Shown here: positions 18,571 through 29,140 of the stretch, in pieces | Numbering within the stretch: position 1 is the first letter of the stretch | Layout: the number at the start of each line of letters is the position of its first letter | NCBI GenBank assembly: GCA_902564345.1 | Contig: CACFAY010000002.1 | Location: 7,858 to 71,857 of the forward strand | Direction of reading: 5' to 3' | DNA from: an uncultured SAR324 cluster bacterium | Lineage (GTDB): Bacteria; SAR324; NAC60-12 | DNA: 64,000 nucleotides | The notes under the pieces: generated by a model | Database searches by the model: none | What the model saw: the letters and a program-made list of their open reading frames with translations, nothing else | Told to the model about the DNA's origin: nothing | Made by a program: the position numbers and the translations under genes

Positions 18571-20529
18571 CTAATTTTCTAAATCAAATATTTTTCCTGC
18601 AACACGGATATTATCTTTACGAATTGTAAATTTTTGGGTATCAAAATACTCCAACAAATCAATTGCATATTTTCTTGAAACTTTTATTAATTCTTTAAAC
18701 TGGATAACATTTATATCTGGGTTTTTCTCAAAAAATTCCCGTAGGATTGTCAAAATTCTTTGAATTTGTTCTGGCTTGTAGTATAAATCCTCAGATATAC
18801 GTACAAGTTTTTTGGTATGAGTGGCGAATTTAAGCAATTCTATTCCATCCTTCTCATACACCCCCATTTCTTCTAGTAATCTGGTTTTTCGCATTGGTTG
18901 AAATCCACCATTTTTGATGATTTGAAGACACTTTACCAAACTTTCTTGAAGGATTTGAGAAATTTTTACCTGATGATATTCCAGAAAAAAATACTTACCC
19001 TTATTTAATATAATGCCTGAATCACACAAATATATTAACAAATTTTCTATTTCTTTTTCTGTAAAAATCAAAGACATTTTCCCTGATAGCTCAGCATGTG
19101 TAATTCCTTCGCGTTCTGGAAATTTTTGATGATGATTTTTTAAAACTTTGCTAATAAATTTTCCAATTCGCTTTATATGATCTATGTGCAAATAGCGGCC
19201 TGAGACCGAGTCTATACAAAGAACCTGACCTTTTTCTTGCAGGATCTGTAAAATTTTTAAACTATCTTTTTCTGAAAGACCTGTACGAACCTGAAATTCT
19301 GAATGAAAAACTCCTCGAACTGACCGCAAATATATTACTTCTTCAGAGCGTACATATTCATCACCATCCATCAATCGCCCGAGCCTCACTGAAAGATCCT
19401 GCTGCATTCTTCGGGATTTACTTGGAGAAGGGTCAATTATAATTCCTCCTCCAATGGTGTTCATTGGCGAGAAACTTCTTATGATAAATCTGTCACCGTA
19501 TTTGCCACTTAAAATTCTTTCAGCACGAAACTGAACCATTACAGTTTCTCCTGGCAACAAAGATTTTCCTTCCAAAAGTATAATCCTGCCTATAAGCTCC
19601 TGAGTACCAAGATGAAGTCTTACTCGTGTCCTGTTTTTCAAAGGAGTTGAAGCATCTTTCAATAAAGACAATGATGCATTTATCATATATCCAGAAAGCA
19701 ATGATTCAGGATCTGCCAGCTGATTACCACGGAATACTTCTTCCTTGGTAATTCCGGTTAAATTAAGTGCAACCCTTTGCCCTGCTTTAACCTCTTTTAC
19801 CTCAGTTCCATGAGACTGCATTCCTCTAATGCGGATTTCACGGACCTGCGGATACTGAACAAGCCTCCGGTTATGGCTTAAAAACCCCGTCAATACAGTT
19901 CCAGTTACAACTGTTCCAAAACCTTTTAATGTGAAAGAACGGTCAACATACAGTCTAAAAGGCTTTTCTATTTCTGGATTAACAATTTTTTTTGCAAGTT
20001 TTGCAATTTCATCACGAAGTTTCTTCAAGCCTTCACCTGTTAGTGCTGAAACAGTAATTACTGGGGCGGATTCCATAAAAGTTCCCTCAAGTAAAGTAAA
20101 AACTTCCTCTTTGCATATTTCAAGAATTTCTCTGTCTTCAAGCAGATCTATTCGTGTGAGGGCGACAATGCCAGATTTAATATTTAAAAGATTGCATATA
20201 TTCACATGTTCTCTGGTTTGCGGCATAACGCCTTCATCTGCGGCCACCACTAGTAAAACAGCATCCATTCCTGTAGCCCCTGCTAGCATATTGTGAACAA
20301 ATTTTTCGTGACCTGGGACGTCAACTATGGCTATGGTATTACCATCTTCGTCTTCATAATGAGCAAATCCTAAGTCAATGGTTATTCCGCGCATTTTTTC
20401 TTCAGCAAAACGATCAGTATCAACTCCTGTAAGAGCTTTTACTAATGAAGTTTTTCCATGATCGATATGACCGCTAGTACCTATTACGAATGGATTTGAA
20501 GATGGAATTTCTTCTTTGACACCTGACAT
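18571..20529 (-). CDS. selB: Selenocysteine-specific translation elongation factor SelB
   Basis: 652 aa. [48 protein letters not shown] and TRID G-domain motifs, plus the long C-terminal extension (winged-helix region) that distinguishes SelB from EF-Tu. Confidence 0.9.
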   Translation of the reverse strand: MSGVKEEIPSSNPFVIGTSGHIDHGKTSLVKALTGVDTDRFAEEKMRGITIDLGFAHYEDEDGNTIAIVDVPGHEKFVHNMLAGATGMDAVLLVVAADEGVMPQTREHVNICNLLNIKSGIVALTRIDLLEDREILEICKEEVFTLLEGTFMESAPVITVSALTGEGLKKLRDEIAKLAKKIVNPEIEKPFRLYVDRSFTLKGFGTVVTGTVLTGFLSHNRRLVQYPQVREIRIRGMQSHGTEVKEVKAGQRVALNLTGITKEEVFRGNQLADPESLLSGYMINASLSLLKDASTPLKNRTRVRLHLGTQELIGRIILLEGKSLLPGETVMVQFRAERILSGKYGDRFIIRSFSPMNTIGGGIIIDPSPSKSRRMQQDLSVRLGRLMDGDEYVRSEEVIYLRSVRGVFHSEFQVRTGLSEKDSLKILQILQEKGQVLCIDSVSGRYLHIDHIKRIGKFISKVLKNHHQKFPEREGITHAELSGKMSLIFTEKEIENLLIYLCDSGIILNKGKYFFLEYHQVKISQILQESLVKCLQIIKNGGFQPMRKTRLLEEMGVYEKDGIELLKFATHTKKLVRISEDLYYKPEQIQRILTILREFFEKNPDINVIQFKELIKVSRKYAIDLLEYFDTQKFTIRKDNIRVAGKIFDLEN

Positions 20530-20652
20530 TATATTGACATGAGAGAAAGTAGGTTTAAAAAATTAAGATTTTGTTTTTACTTTACTATTAAAATCAAATC
20601 TATATTCTAAATTAACCTTCGCAGGACACAAGCTACTCTGAGAAAATTTCAC

Positions 20653-20681
20653 TGACTTAAGTTAACTAGTTTGCTATAATG
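20653..20681 (+). promoter_or_regulatory. Putative sigma-70 promoter with extended -10 (CTGACT-N17-TATAAT, preceded by TGc)
   Basis: CTGACT at 20653-20658, TGC at 20673-20675 and TATAAT at 20676-20681, 57 nt upstream of the ATG at 20738. Confidence 0.4.
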
Positions 20682-20737
20682 CTAAAAAATATTTTACTGA
20701 TTTATTTCATATAAATTTTTATTTATCGAAATTTTCA

Positions 20738-21475
20738 ATGAATAAGCTTAAAAACAAGATTTTGTTTTTTTACTCAGCAATTACGCTGCTAACATTTGTT
20801 TATCCTGCCAGAGCCGTTGAAATATTCTCAAGAGACTCTGAACACAGGGGTGTTGTAGAGTTTGCACCATACCTTATTTATCCAGAAAATAGGATTGGCA
20901 ACGGGATTTATCTTGAAAAAAAACTTTTGGGTTCCCATCCACAGAGGGTCATTATTAACATTGTAAACGTAAATGGTACTGACAACCATATATATCTTTA
21001 TCGTGGATTGAAGGGGGTTTTTGGGCTTGATATTGTAAAAAATAATACAGGAGAAGATGTAAGATTTTGGCAGGTAGATCCTGAATTTTATCAGTATTCA
21101 AACAGGACTTCGGGGACAAGAAGAGTGTTCAGGATTTTTAAAGATAGAATAATACCCTTGCTGCCCAATCTTCGTACTGGGTCGGGTGTAACTACATCTA
21201 AAACTCACGCAGTTTTTTACCACATCTCAAATTCAAAAAATGTAACCAGCGTCAATCAGAATGGACAGGAATCAACAAACAGAATTTATACTTTTAGGCT
21301 GCATGTGATCAAACGTGATTTGGAAGGTTTAGTAAGTCTTTATGACATACCAATTAAGGATGCCAATTACTTGCTAAAGCTTGATTGGGAAAACAAACAT
21401 TCTGTGAGCTATAAACTTAGTAATAGCAAAAAGTATACTATCGATCTAAGGAAACATGCTCCAAGCCTCTTTTGA
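20738..21475 (+). CDS. Hypothetical secreted protein (245 aa)
   Basis: N-terminal signal peptide (ILFFYSAITLLTFVYPARA/VE). No family recognised. Confidence 0.55.
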   Translation: MNKLKNKILFFYSAITLLTFVYPARAVEIFSRDSEHRGVVEFAPYLIYPENRIGNGIYLEKKLLGSHPQRVIINIVNVNGTDNHIYLYRGLKGVFGLDIVKNNTGEDVRFWQVDPEFYQYSNRTSGTRRVFRIFKDRIIPLLPNLRTGSGVTTSKTHAVFYHISNSKNVTSVNQNGQESTNRIYTFRLHVIKRDLEGLVSLYDIPIKDANYLLKLDWENKHSVSYKLSNSKKYTIDLRKHAPSLF

Positions 21476-21544
21476 GTTTTGTTTTTCAAAATTAAATAGT
21501 AATTTTTTTATCTTTTCCGGTTAAAAATTCATCTTTAGGAAAAA

Positions 21545-22219
21545 ATGAATCACAAAATTTCATGCTTAATCTATGATATGGATGGATTACTCTTGGATAC
21601 TGAAAAAATTTATACTGAAGTCACTCAAGAAATTGTTGGTGAATATGGGAAAGTTTTCGACTTGTCGTTAAAGCAGTCAATAATCGGGAGACCCTCATCT
21701 GATGCAGCAAAAATAATTGTAGATAGTCTTGATTTACCAATTACAGCACAAGATTACCTTGATTCTAGAAAGGATACTTTAATCGAGAAATTTAAAAATA
21801 CCCAGCCGATGCCCGGTGCAAAAGAAATGACATCCCATTTTTTTAGCCATGGTATTCCACAAGCAATTGCTACAAGTTCATCTTCTCCTATCTATGATGC
21901 AAAATACACAAAACACAAAAAATGGTTTTCACAATTCGATAAAATTATCCGTGGAGATGACCCTGAATTAAAACTTGGTAAACCAGCTCCAGATATTTTT
22001 CTACTTGCTGCAAAACGTATAGGAATTGAACCTGAAGAATGTTTGGTTTTTGAAGACGCACCAGCTGGAAGTGAAGCTGCAATAGCCGCAGGAATGTCGG
22101 TGGTAGTTGTGCCACATTCAGAAATGGGACATAACCTCTTTAAAAATCCCAGCCAAATTCTAGCATCATTAAAAGATTTCGATCCTCAATTTTGGGGGTT
22201 GCCAAAATTTCCTGAATAA
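21545..22219 (+). CDS. HAD-superfamily hydrolase, subfamily IA (beta-phosphoglucomutase/sugar-phosphatase-like)
   Basis: Motif I IYDMDGLLLDTE, motif II ATSS, and motifs III/IV GKPAPDIF ... FEDAPAG. Confidence 0.8.
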   Translation: MNHKISCLIYDMDGLLLDTEKIYTEVTQEIVGEYGKVFDLSLKQSIIGRPSSDAAKIIVDSLDLPITAQDYLDSRKDTLIEKFKNTQPMPGAKEMTSHFFSHGIPQAIATSSSSPIYDAKYTKHKKWFSQFDKIIRGDDPELKLGKPAPDIFLLAAKRIGIEPEECLVFEDAPAGSEAAIAAGMSVVVVPHSEMGHNLFKNPSQILASLKDFDPQFWGLPKFPE

Positions 22220-22372
22220 TTTTGAAATAAAATGGAGCAATGTAGATTGGATAAGAATGAATCATGATAAAAGATATGTTACTGCAATTTAAGACTTTAA
22301 AATTTCAGATTCTTTTCGAATTAGAAATTTTAATAGACACAATTTAAATAACACTAGATATATTTATAAAAT

Positions 22373-23371
22373 ATGAATGAAAATATTTTTAAAGCTTTAG
22401 TAGTAAGTGAAAATGATGATCAGACTTTCACTCGAGAAGTGGCTGATCGTTTTTTGGAAGATCTTCCTGAGGGAGAAGTTCTTATCCGTGTGCATTATTC
22501 ATCACTGAATTACAAGGATGGACTTTCCAGCATAGGTAATCGAGGAGTGACTCGAAATTATCCACACACTCCCGGGATAGATGCTTCAGGCGAGGTTGCT
22601 GAGAGCTCAGACTCAAAATTTATGCCTGGAGACCGAGTTCTTGTAACCGGTTATGATTTGGGAATGAATACTTCTGGAGGATTTGGACAATACATTCGCG
22701 TTCCTGCTGATTGGGTAGTACCTTTACCGGAAGGATTGACGCTTAAAGAGTCGATGATATTTGGAACCGCAGGCTTCACTGCAGCACTTTCCGTTAATGC
22801 ATTGCAAAATCATGGTATTACTCCAGAACAAGGAGAAATAGTTGTAACTGGTTCAACAGGAGGAGTTGGAAGCATTTCTGTATTGCTTCTTTCAAATTTA
22901 GGCTATGATGTAGTGGCTTCAACAGGGAAATCTTCAGAAACTGATTTCCTTAAAGGATTAGGAGCTAAAGAAATTATTGCTCGTGATGTAGTCAATGATG
23001 AATCAAAAAAACCTTTACTTAAACAGCGTTGGGCAGCTGGGATAGACACTGTAGGTGACACAACCTTAGCTACCCTACTTAAATCAACAAAACAAAGAGG
23101 TGCTGTGGCAACCACAGGAAATGTTGCTTCAGCTAATTTACCTATAACAGTTTATCCATTTATTTTACGGGGAGTAAGTCTGCTCGGAATAGATTCTGGC
23201 CAAACCCCCATGAATCTAAGATGCCAGATATGGAATAAACTTGCTTCTGAATGGAAATTCCCCCAATTTAAAAAACTCTCAACAGATTGTGATTTGGATA
23301 ATCTAGAACCCGAAATCGAAAAGATTATTGCTGGCCATCAAAGAGGACGTGTAGTAGTAAATCTTCAGTAA
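22373..23371 (+). CDS. YhdH/AcuI-type NADPH:quinone / acrylyl-CoA reductase (MDR superfamily)
   Basis: 332 aa. VHYSSLNYKDGLS...NYPHTPGIDASGEV and VTGSTGGVGS match the YhdH subfamily pattern. Confidence 0.8.
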   Translation: MNENIFKALVVSENDDQTFTREVADRFLEDLPEGEVLIRVHYSSLNYKDGLSSIGNRGVTRNYPHTPGIDASGEVAESSDSKFMPGDRVLVTGYDLGMNTSGGFGQYIRVPADWVVPLPEGLTLKESMIFGTAGFTAALSVNALQNHGITPEQGEIVVTGSTGGVGSISVLLLSNLGYDVVASTGKSSETDFLKGLGAKEIIARDVVNDESKKPLLKQRWAAGIDTVGDTTLATLLKSTKQRGAVATTGNVASANLPITVYPFILRGVSLLGIDSGQTPMNLRCQIWNKLASEWKFPQFKKLSTDCDLDNLEPEIEKIIAGHQRGRVVVNLQ

Positions 23372-23404
23372 AAAAAGTTTATTTAACCTAAACAGGAGAA
23401 CATA

Positions 23405-24769
23405 ATGAGTGATACAGTTAAATACATATTACCCGAGTCAGAAATTCCGAAAAACTGGTACAACATTACAGCAGATCTTCCAAAAGCGCCTCCCCCAGTT
23501 ATACATCCAGGCACTGGAGAGCCTATAGGTCCTGATGATTTAGCCCCTCTTTTCCCAATGGATCTAATTTTACAGGAAGTGAGTTCTGAACGTTATATAG
23601 ACATTCCTGAACCTGTAAGAGAAATTTATAAACAGTGGCGGCCAAGCCCTCTTTATCGTGCAAGAAGATTGGAGAAAGCACTCGATACGCCTGCAAAAAT
23701 TTACTACAAGTATGAAGGCGTCAGCCCTACGGGTAGCCATAAGCCAAATACTGCGGTTGCTCAGGCTTTTTATAACAAAGAGGCTGGTGTAAAGAAAATC
23801 TCAACTGAAACTGGAGCCGGCCAGTGGGGCTCTTCATTAGCATTTGCCGGTTCAATTTTTGGATTGGAAATTCAGGTTTATATGGTAAAAGTAAGTTTTC
23901 AGCAAAAACCTTATCGAAAAGCAATGATGGAATCCTTCGGCGCGACGTGCATAGCTTCACCATCAGACACAACCAAGTTTGGTAAGGCATACCTTGCCAA
24001 AAATCCAGATTCTACAGGGAGTCTTGGGATTGCCATCTCGGAAGCAGTTGAAGTTGCAGCAACTAATGATGATGTTAAATATTCTCTTGGAAGTGTACTC
24101 AACCATGTGCTTATGCATCAGACAATTGTGGGTTCAGAAGCACTGAAGCAAATGGAAATGGCCGGGGACTATCCTGATGTAATAGTTGGCTGTACAGGCG
24201 GAGGTTCAAATTTTGCTGGACTTATGTTTCCATTCCTCGGAGAAAAACTTCGTGGTGGTTCTAATGTGAGGGTAGTCGCAGTCGAACCTGCAGCATGTCC
24301 CTCCCTAACAAGAGGTAAATATGCTTATGATTTCGGTGATACTGGAAATATGACTCCATTAACTAAAATGCATACACTTGGCTCCACTTTTGTTCCGTCT
24401 GGGTTCCATGCTGGAGGTCTGCGATACCACGGAATGGCACCCTTGATAAGCCACCTTAAGGAATTAGATTTGTTGGAGGCATATGCATTTCATCAGAACG
24501 CATGTTTCGAGGCTGGTGTAACTTTTGGGCGGGAGGAAGGAATTATTCCGGCTCCAGAGGCAAACCATGCAGTGAAGGGTGCAATAGAAGAAGCTCTTCG
24601 TTGCAAGCGTGATGGTAAATCAGAGACTATTCTCTTCAATCTATGTGGACATGGACATTTTGATATGCAGGCATACACTGAGTATTTCAGTGGTAATCTT
24701 GAAGATCGAAATTATGATGAGCAGGAACTTGCTATGGCTCTTTCAGGTCTCCCATCGGTTGGAAACTGA
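23405..24769 (+). CDS. TrpB2-type tryptophan synthase beta-like PLP enzyme
   Basis: 454 aa, longer than TrpB1. N-terminal IPKNWYNITADLP...LFP, YKYEGVSPTGSHKPNTAVAQA (PLP lysine) and GCTGGGSNFAG. Confidence 0.85.
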   Translation: MSDTVKYILPESEIPKNWYNITADLPKAPPPVIHPGTGEPIGPDDLAPLFPMDLILQEVSSERYIDIPEPVREIYKQWRPSPLYRARRLEKALDTPAKIYYKYEGVSPTGSHKPNTAVAQAFYNKEAGVKKISTETGAGQWGSSLAFAGSIFGLEIQVYMVKVSFQQKPYRKAMMESFGATCIASPSDTTKFGKAYLAKNPDSTGSLGIAISEAVEVAATNDDVKYSLGSVLNHVLMHQTIVGSEALKQMEMAGDYPDVIVGCTGGGSNFAGLMFPFLGEKLRGGSNVRVVAVEPAACPSLTRGKYAYDFGDTGNMTPLTKMHTLGSTFVPSGFHAGGLRYHGMAPLISHLKELDLLEAYAFHQNACFEAGVTFGREEGIIPAPEANHAVKGAIEEALRCKRDGKSETILFNLCGHGHFDMQAYTEYFSGNLEDRNYDEQELAMALSGLPSVGN

Positions 24770-25062
24770 GTAGTTGACTGAAAAAGATGAATTTTTAACG
24801 CTTTTTTCAGCTGTCCTAAGTGAATTAAAACCAAAATGCACAATTATTTTTAATGTAAGTGCAAGTATGTAATTAAATTTATTTTATTAGGATAATTTTG
24901 CTGTATTAAATCAATGTGATAAAAAAATCTAATCAACAAGCATACCTCTTTAAATATCCATAAGAATAAATCTTATCTGCACAAAAATACTTTAAAGTCT
25001 CCTTCAAAGTTTAATTGCTTATCAAAAAGCTGCCATATGAAACATGAATATTTCATTCTTAA

Positions 25063-26172
25063 ATGAGAATAACTGTATTGAGAGTTCAAAAACTTCTGAC
25101 TGCCTTGTTAAGCCTGTGGATTTTTTTAATCCCCTTGGCAAATGCCTCAGAACCTGCCTTTGTGAGAGAAAGTCTGCGAGCCCGTGGAATGGGCAATGCT
25201 TTTACAGCGGTTGCGAATGATGAAATGCTATTTTTTTATAACCCTGCAGGGTTACGATCAGTTATTTATAACATTTATGAGATCGTTAGTTTTAATTTTA
25301 CAGTAAATGAAAACACTCTTAGTATGAGTAATTCTAGTAACAGCAGCTCTACCCTAGGGAGTCTATCGGGGAAAAAACTTTATGTTGAGTACAATGTTGG
25401 TCTATTGAGTCATATTAATTCAAGATTTGGATGGTCATTATTTCAAAATACATTGATTGACATTCAGGTAAGGAATCCAGTTTTTCCATATTTGGAAACA
25501 AGATCATTTGTGCAGGCTGGTCTCGCGGGTGGGATGGCATGGAGTTTTCTTGACTATCAGCTTGATGTTGGACTTGGTGCCAAGCTTGTTCAAAGAGCTG
25601 GAATAGACACAAAATTCCACGTGTTTGACGAGGCAATTATTGAACTCACGGAAGAAAATAAATATACCAAACTTGCAAATAAATTTGAGAATAAAACCGC
25701 TATTGCCCCTGATGCCGGGATAGTATATCACTTTGACGGAGTACACAACCTGTATCCAAAAGTTGCAATAAGTCTGCAAAATATAGGTGGTCTAGACTTC
25801 AATAATGCGGGAGAAGTACCTATGACAATGAACTTAGGAGTTAGCACTGAATCTGAACTTGGGGGTTTTGATTTAATACTTGCCGCAGATTATCTAGACT
25901 TAACCGATGGACAAAACCTGGTTTCTACAGGGAATTCAATCACTGAAAGAAACATTAAGTTTGGAGCTGAAATTGGCTGGAAAAAGTTATTTAATGGACA
26001 TCATCTTTTTTCTATTAGGGCTGGAAGAAATGGGCCATATAATAGTGCAGGATGGACCCTGAACTTATTTGGTTTTAAAATTGATGTTGCAAAATACGCT
26101 CAAGAAATTGGTGGCTACTCTGGTGAAATGATGGACCAAAGGACCAGTCTTCAAATTTCAACGATTTTTTAG
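25063..26172 (+). CDS. Outer-membrane beta-barrel protein (resembles PorV / TraF_2 / FadL-like barrels)
   Basis: Signal peptide ending LANA/SEP. N-terminal MGNAFTAVANDEMLFFYNPAGL motif. Gly/aromatic-rich sequence with an aromatic C-terminus ...LQISTIF, typical of BAM substrates. Confidence 0.65.
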   Translation: MRITVLRVQKLLTALLSLWIFLIPLANASEPAFVRESLRARGMGNAFTAVANDEMLFFYNPAGLRSVIYNIYEIVSFNFTVNENTLSMSNSSNSSSTLGSLSGKKLYVEYNVGLLSHINSRFGWSLFQNTLIDIQVRNPVFPYLETRSFVQAGLAGGMAWSFLDYQLDVGLGAKLVQRAGIDTKFHVFDEAIIELTEENKYTKLANKFENKTAIAPDAGIVYHFDGVHNLYPKVAISLQNIGGLDFNNAGEVPMTMNLGVSTESELGGFDLILAADYLDLTDGQNLVSTGNSITERNIKFGAEIGWKKLFNGHHLFSIRAGRNGPYNSAGWTLNLFGFKIDVAKYAQEIGGYSGEMMDQRTSLQISTIF

Positions 26173-26200
26173 ATGCATTTATAACAAAACTGTAAATACG

Positions 26201-27784
26201 ATGTCTTATAGTTCACTCTTTATTTTAGCAGTAATTTTAATCTGTTTTAGTGGATGCACAACTCAGGGTAGATTGACTTATCTGAAATTCGAAAAAAGCG
26301 ACAACTATCAAGATTTAAACTCCTCTATGGAGAAACTAAAAAATCAGTATGACAGCTCTATTCAAAATCAACGGAGTGCTTTAAGAGAGATACGATATAT
26401 TTCAAAGCATATGAAGGAGCCGGGCAAGCGTGAAATGGCACTGAGTGCTTTGACATTTTTTACATTCATGAGTGACGACGGAGATATTCGAGACAAAAGT
26501 CTTTCACGACTTAATAATGTGCTAGATGAACCTGAGTGGCCAAAACATTTAAAATTAAACATAATTGACAGCATTGTTGATCTTGTTACAGGCAGATTGG
26601 GTTTCCAAGAAAAACATGATGGAATGATGATGATTTTCGGTGTGGCCCCAGAAGTACGCGAAGATGCTTTAATGTACCTGCTTAACAAATTTGAAGGACT
26701 TGAACCGCAACTTCAGTACCATACTGTAAGTTCATTTCTCAGACTATTACTTACAAAGCCAACCTTGGTAAACTGTCCGGAGAATATTTGCGACGAAGAT
26801 ATCAGAAAAAATCAGGAAGAATGGGATCTTGGAGTAGAAATAAAAGCTAGTATACCTGATAACGCAGATCCCAAAGCAGTTGAAGCAGGAGCATATGGTC
26901 CTTTGACCAAACGTGAACCGCTTGAAGAACGGGAAGAGTGGAATGAAGAAATGGACGAACTCAAATTGATACTTTGGGAATGGATTGAAGATGCCCTTGA
27001 TGATCAAGATGTTTCTTATCTGATTCAAGGTCGATTGATTAGATTTGCAGGAGAAATAGAGCTTTTCTCACTACAAGAGGAAACGTCAAACGAGTTTATT
27101 GAACAAATATCTGAATGGGCAGAGAATGAGGATATTTCAGTTGATTTAAGAAAATTGCTTGGTGCCTCAAGGGAAAAGGTGAAAATTTACGGGTTCCCTT
27201 CAACAAAATCACCTCAGCTATCTGAAAAAGCTTTTGAAGGAATAAAAAAAAGACCCATAGATTTTTTGGAAACCCACATAGACGCAATTTTGCATCAACA
27301 GTTTGAACGTCAGAAAAGTGGCTTTGATCCGGGTGAACCTGATGCTCTAGGCCTGGCTTTTACTTCGTTCAATGAAACGGATGAAGGAGATCTAAGGAGA
27401 GAAATAATCCTTGAAAATGTAACTACAGCATTGCAAAAAGGATTGCTGGGAGACATTTCGTATATAGCAGAACGCGCCTTGAAATCAATTGAAAATACTC
27501 GTTCTGATGTAGACCTAGAACCTTTATTGAATCTTGTCAGTGCTTTGTATCCTTCACTGAAAGCACAAAAACGAAGTCCCAAGCCATTATTCGAAACTTT
27601 GTTAGAAAAAGTGGAGTCAGCCGAAACACTATTTGAGCGTAGATTATATCTCAATGCAATTCTTGCAGGGGCAACAGTTTTTCCGATGGAGACTAACCTA
27701 ATCCTAGCAAGTACTAGCGACCAGGACGTAGTTACAAGTCACCAAATTAATTCAGTAATACAGAAATTAGATGAAAATTTTTAA
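26201..27784 (+). CDS. Hypothetical lipoprotein (527 aa), acidic, helical-repeat-like
   Basis: Signal peptide with lipobox-like ICFSG/C. Starts 28 nt after the OMP stop. No family recognised and no haem motif. Confidence 0.6.
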   Translation: MSYSSLFILAVILICFSGCTTQGRLTYLKFEKSDNYQDLNSSMEKLKNQYDSSIQNQRSALREIRYISKHMKEPGKREMALSALTFFTFMSDDGDIRDKSLSRLNNVLDEPEWPKHLKLNIIDSIVDLVTGRLGFQEKHDGMMMIFGVAPEVREDALMYLLNKFEGLEPQLQYHTVSSFLRLLLTKPTLVNCPENICDEDIRKNQEEWDLGVEIKASIPDNADPKAVEAGAYGPLTKREPLEEREEWNEEMDELKLILWEWIEDALDDQDVSYLIQGRLIRFAGEIELFSLQEETSNEFIEQISEWAENEDISVDLRKLLGASREKVKIYGFPSTKSPQLSEKAFEGIKKRPIDFLETHIDAILHQQFERQKSGFDPGEPDALGLAFTSFNETDEGDLRREIILENVTTALQKGLLGDISYIAERALKSIENTRSDVDLEPLLNLVSALYPSLKAQKRSPKPLFETLLEKVESAETLFERRLYLNAILAGATVFPMETNLILASTSDQDVVTSHQINSVIQKLDENF

Positions 27785-27834
27785 TTGTAAACTGAGTACA
27801 TAACAAATTTGATCAGTTTAACAAAATTTTTTTT

Positions 27835-29139
27835 ATGAATTCCATTATCAAAATATTAACCTTTTTTATAATGCTTTTGACATTATTTTCCTGTGCCGAC
27901 ACACAGAATTCTGGGCAAAGTTGCGAGGTCAAGCTTGATGAGCAAAAGTATCAATCTGTTGCAGAAAACACCAATTGCTCAGATTATGAAAGGGGCAGTG
28001 GCTACTTGGGACAAGCTGGCGTATCTTTCAGTAACTTTCTCCAAACTGGAGCTGCAGACAATATGACTAAAACTCTGGGAATTGAAAAACTAAGCTCTCC
28101 CACAGACTACACAACAGGCAATAGGGGTTACATAACAAATGCACTATGTTTAATTGGTGCAAATTCATTCGTAACATCGAGCCGATGCAATGGAAGTTCA
28201 AGGACGCGAACCACTGATGAACTTGAAATATCAATGTTTGCCAATATAGCTGATTTTCTCTATCTAAACTATGGTATTCTTGATAATGATACCGACGGTA
28301 CAATTACCTCAGAAGAAAGCGCAGCTTTCACTAAACTAAAGACGGAAGGAATAAGTGTCGCTGGATTGGGCACAGGGCTTTCTGCATATAATCGATACGA
28401 AGTTGTAGCAGGTAGCTCAAATTATATCGCAAATCAGGATCTTTCTAAATGTGTTGCATATGATGGAAACTACACAGACGACCCATCAAGTGGAGATTCA
28501 ACATGTGCAACACTCCAAGCTTCTGGTAGCGTTACTGAGATAAGACCTATCTACAAATTGGACTCCATGGAGGATATTACAGCTGACGGAGATCTGCTGA
28601 CTTTAGTTTCAATGGTAAGCGAACTTACGATGATTTCTACTGCTCTTTCTTCAGATTTTGAAGAGCTTGGAATAAGCTCTGATAACAGTATAAGAAAAAG
28701 TCTTACTGAAGCACTCGACAAAATAGATAATGGAGCAAAAGATAATAATCCTACGGCTGACCAAACATGCTTAGCAGTGATTTTATTTGATGTCATGTTT
28801 TTACTTGTTCAAAACGCCTCAGACAACAGCACTACTTCAACAGAGTTAAAAAGTGGAAACTTGATCAGCACATCAGATTTGTTAACTGCTGTAGACAATA
28901 CCCTTAGTCTTTACCCATCTGATGCAATTGAGGCTGCACTTGGATCACTTCCGATTCAATCTGCCAGAATTGTTTACGCAACAGACAGTCCGGCCACAAC
29001 ATACACTGATTCATACGAATCCGCAGAAAACTCATTATATTCAGCAATAGCCAACACACGCAGCCTTGGCACGGAAGACAGTGAAAAAAGTGATGGGAAA
29101 GTAACATTCCGAGAATTAATTTGTGTTGCAGAAAACTAA
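27835..29139 (+). CDS. Hypothetical lipoprotein (434 aa) with a canonical EF-hand Ca-binding loop
   Basis: Lipobox LTLFS/C. DNDTDGTITSEE at 28282-28317 fits the 12-residue EF-hand loop at every constrained position. S/T/D-rich. Confidence 0.6.
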   Translation: MNSIIKILTFFIMLLTLFSCADTQNSGQSCEVKLDEQKYQSVAENTNCSDYERGSGYLGQAGVSFSNFLQTGAADNMTKTLGIEKLSSPTDYTTGNRGYITNALCLIGANSFVTSSRCNGSSRTRTTDELEISMFANIADFLYLNYGILDNDTDGTITSEESAAFTKLKTEGISVAGLGTGLSAYNRYEVVAGSSNYIANQDLSKCVAYDGNYTDDPSSGDSTCATLQASGSVTEIRPIYKLDSMEDITADGDLLTLVSMVSELTMISTALSSDFEELGISSDNSIRKSLTEALDKIDNGAKDNNPTADQTCLAVILFDVMFLLVQNASDNSTTSTELKSGNLISTSDLLTAVDNTLSLYPSDAIEAALGSLPIQSARIVYATDSPATTYTDSYESAENSLYSAIANTRSLGTEDSEKSDGKVTFRELICVAEN

Positions 29140-29140
29140 T

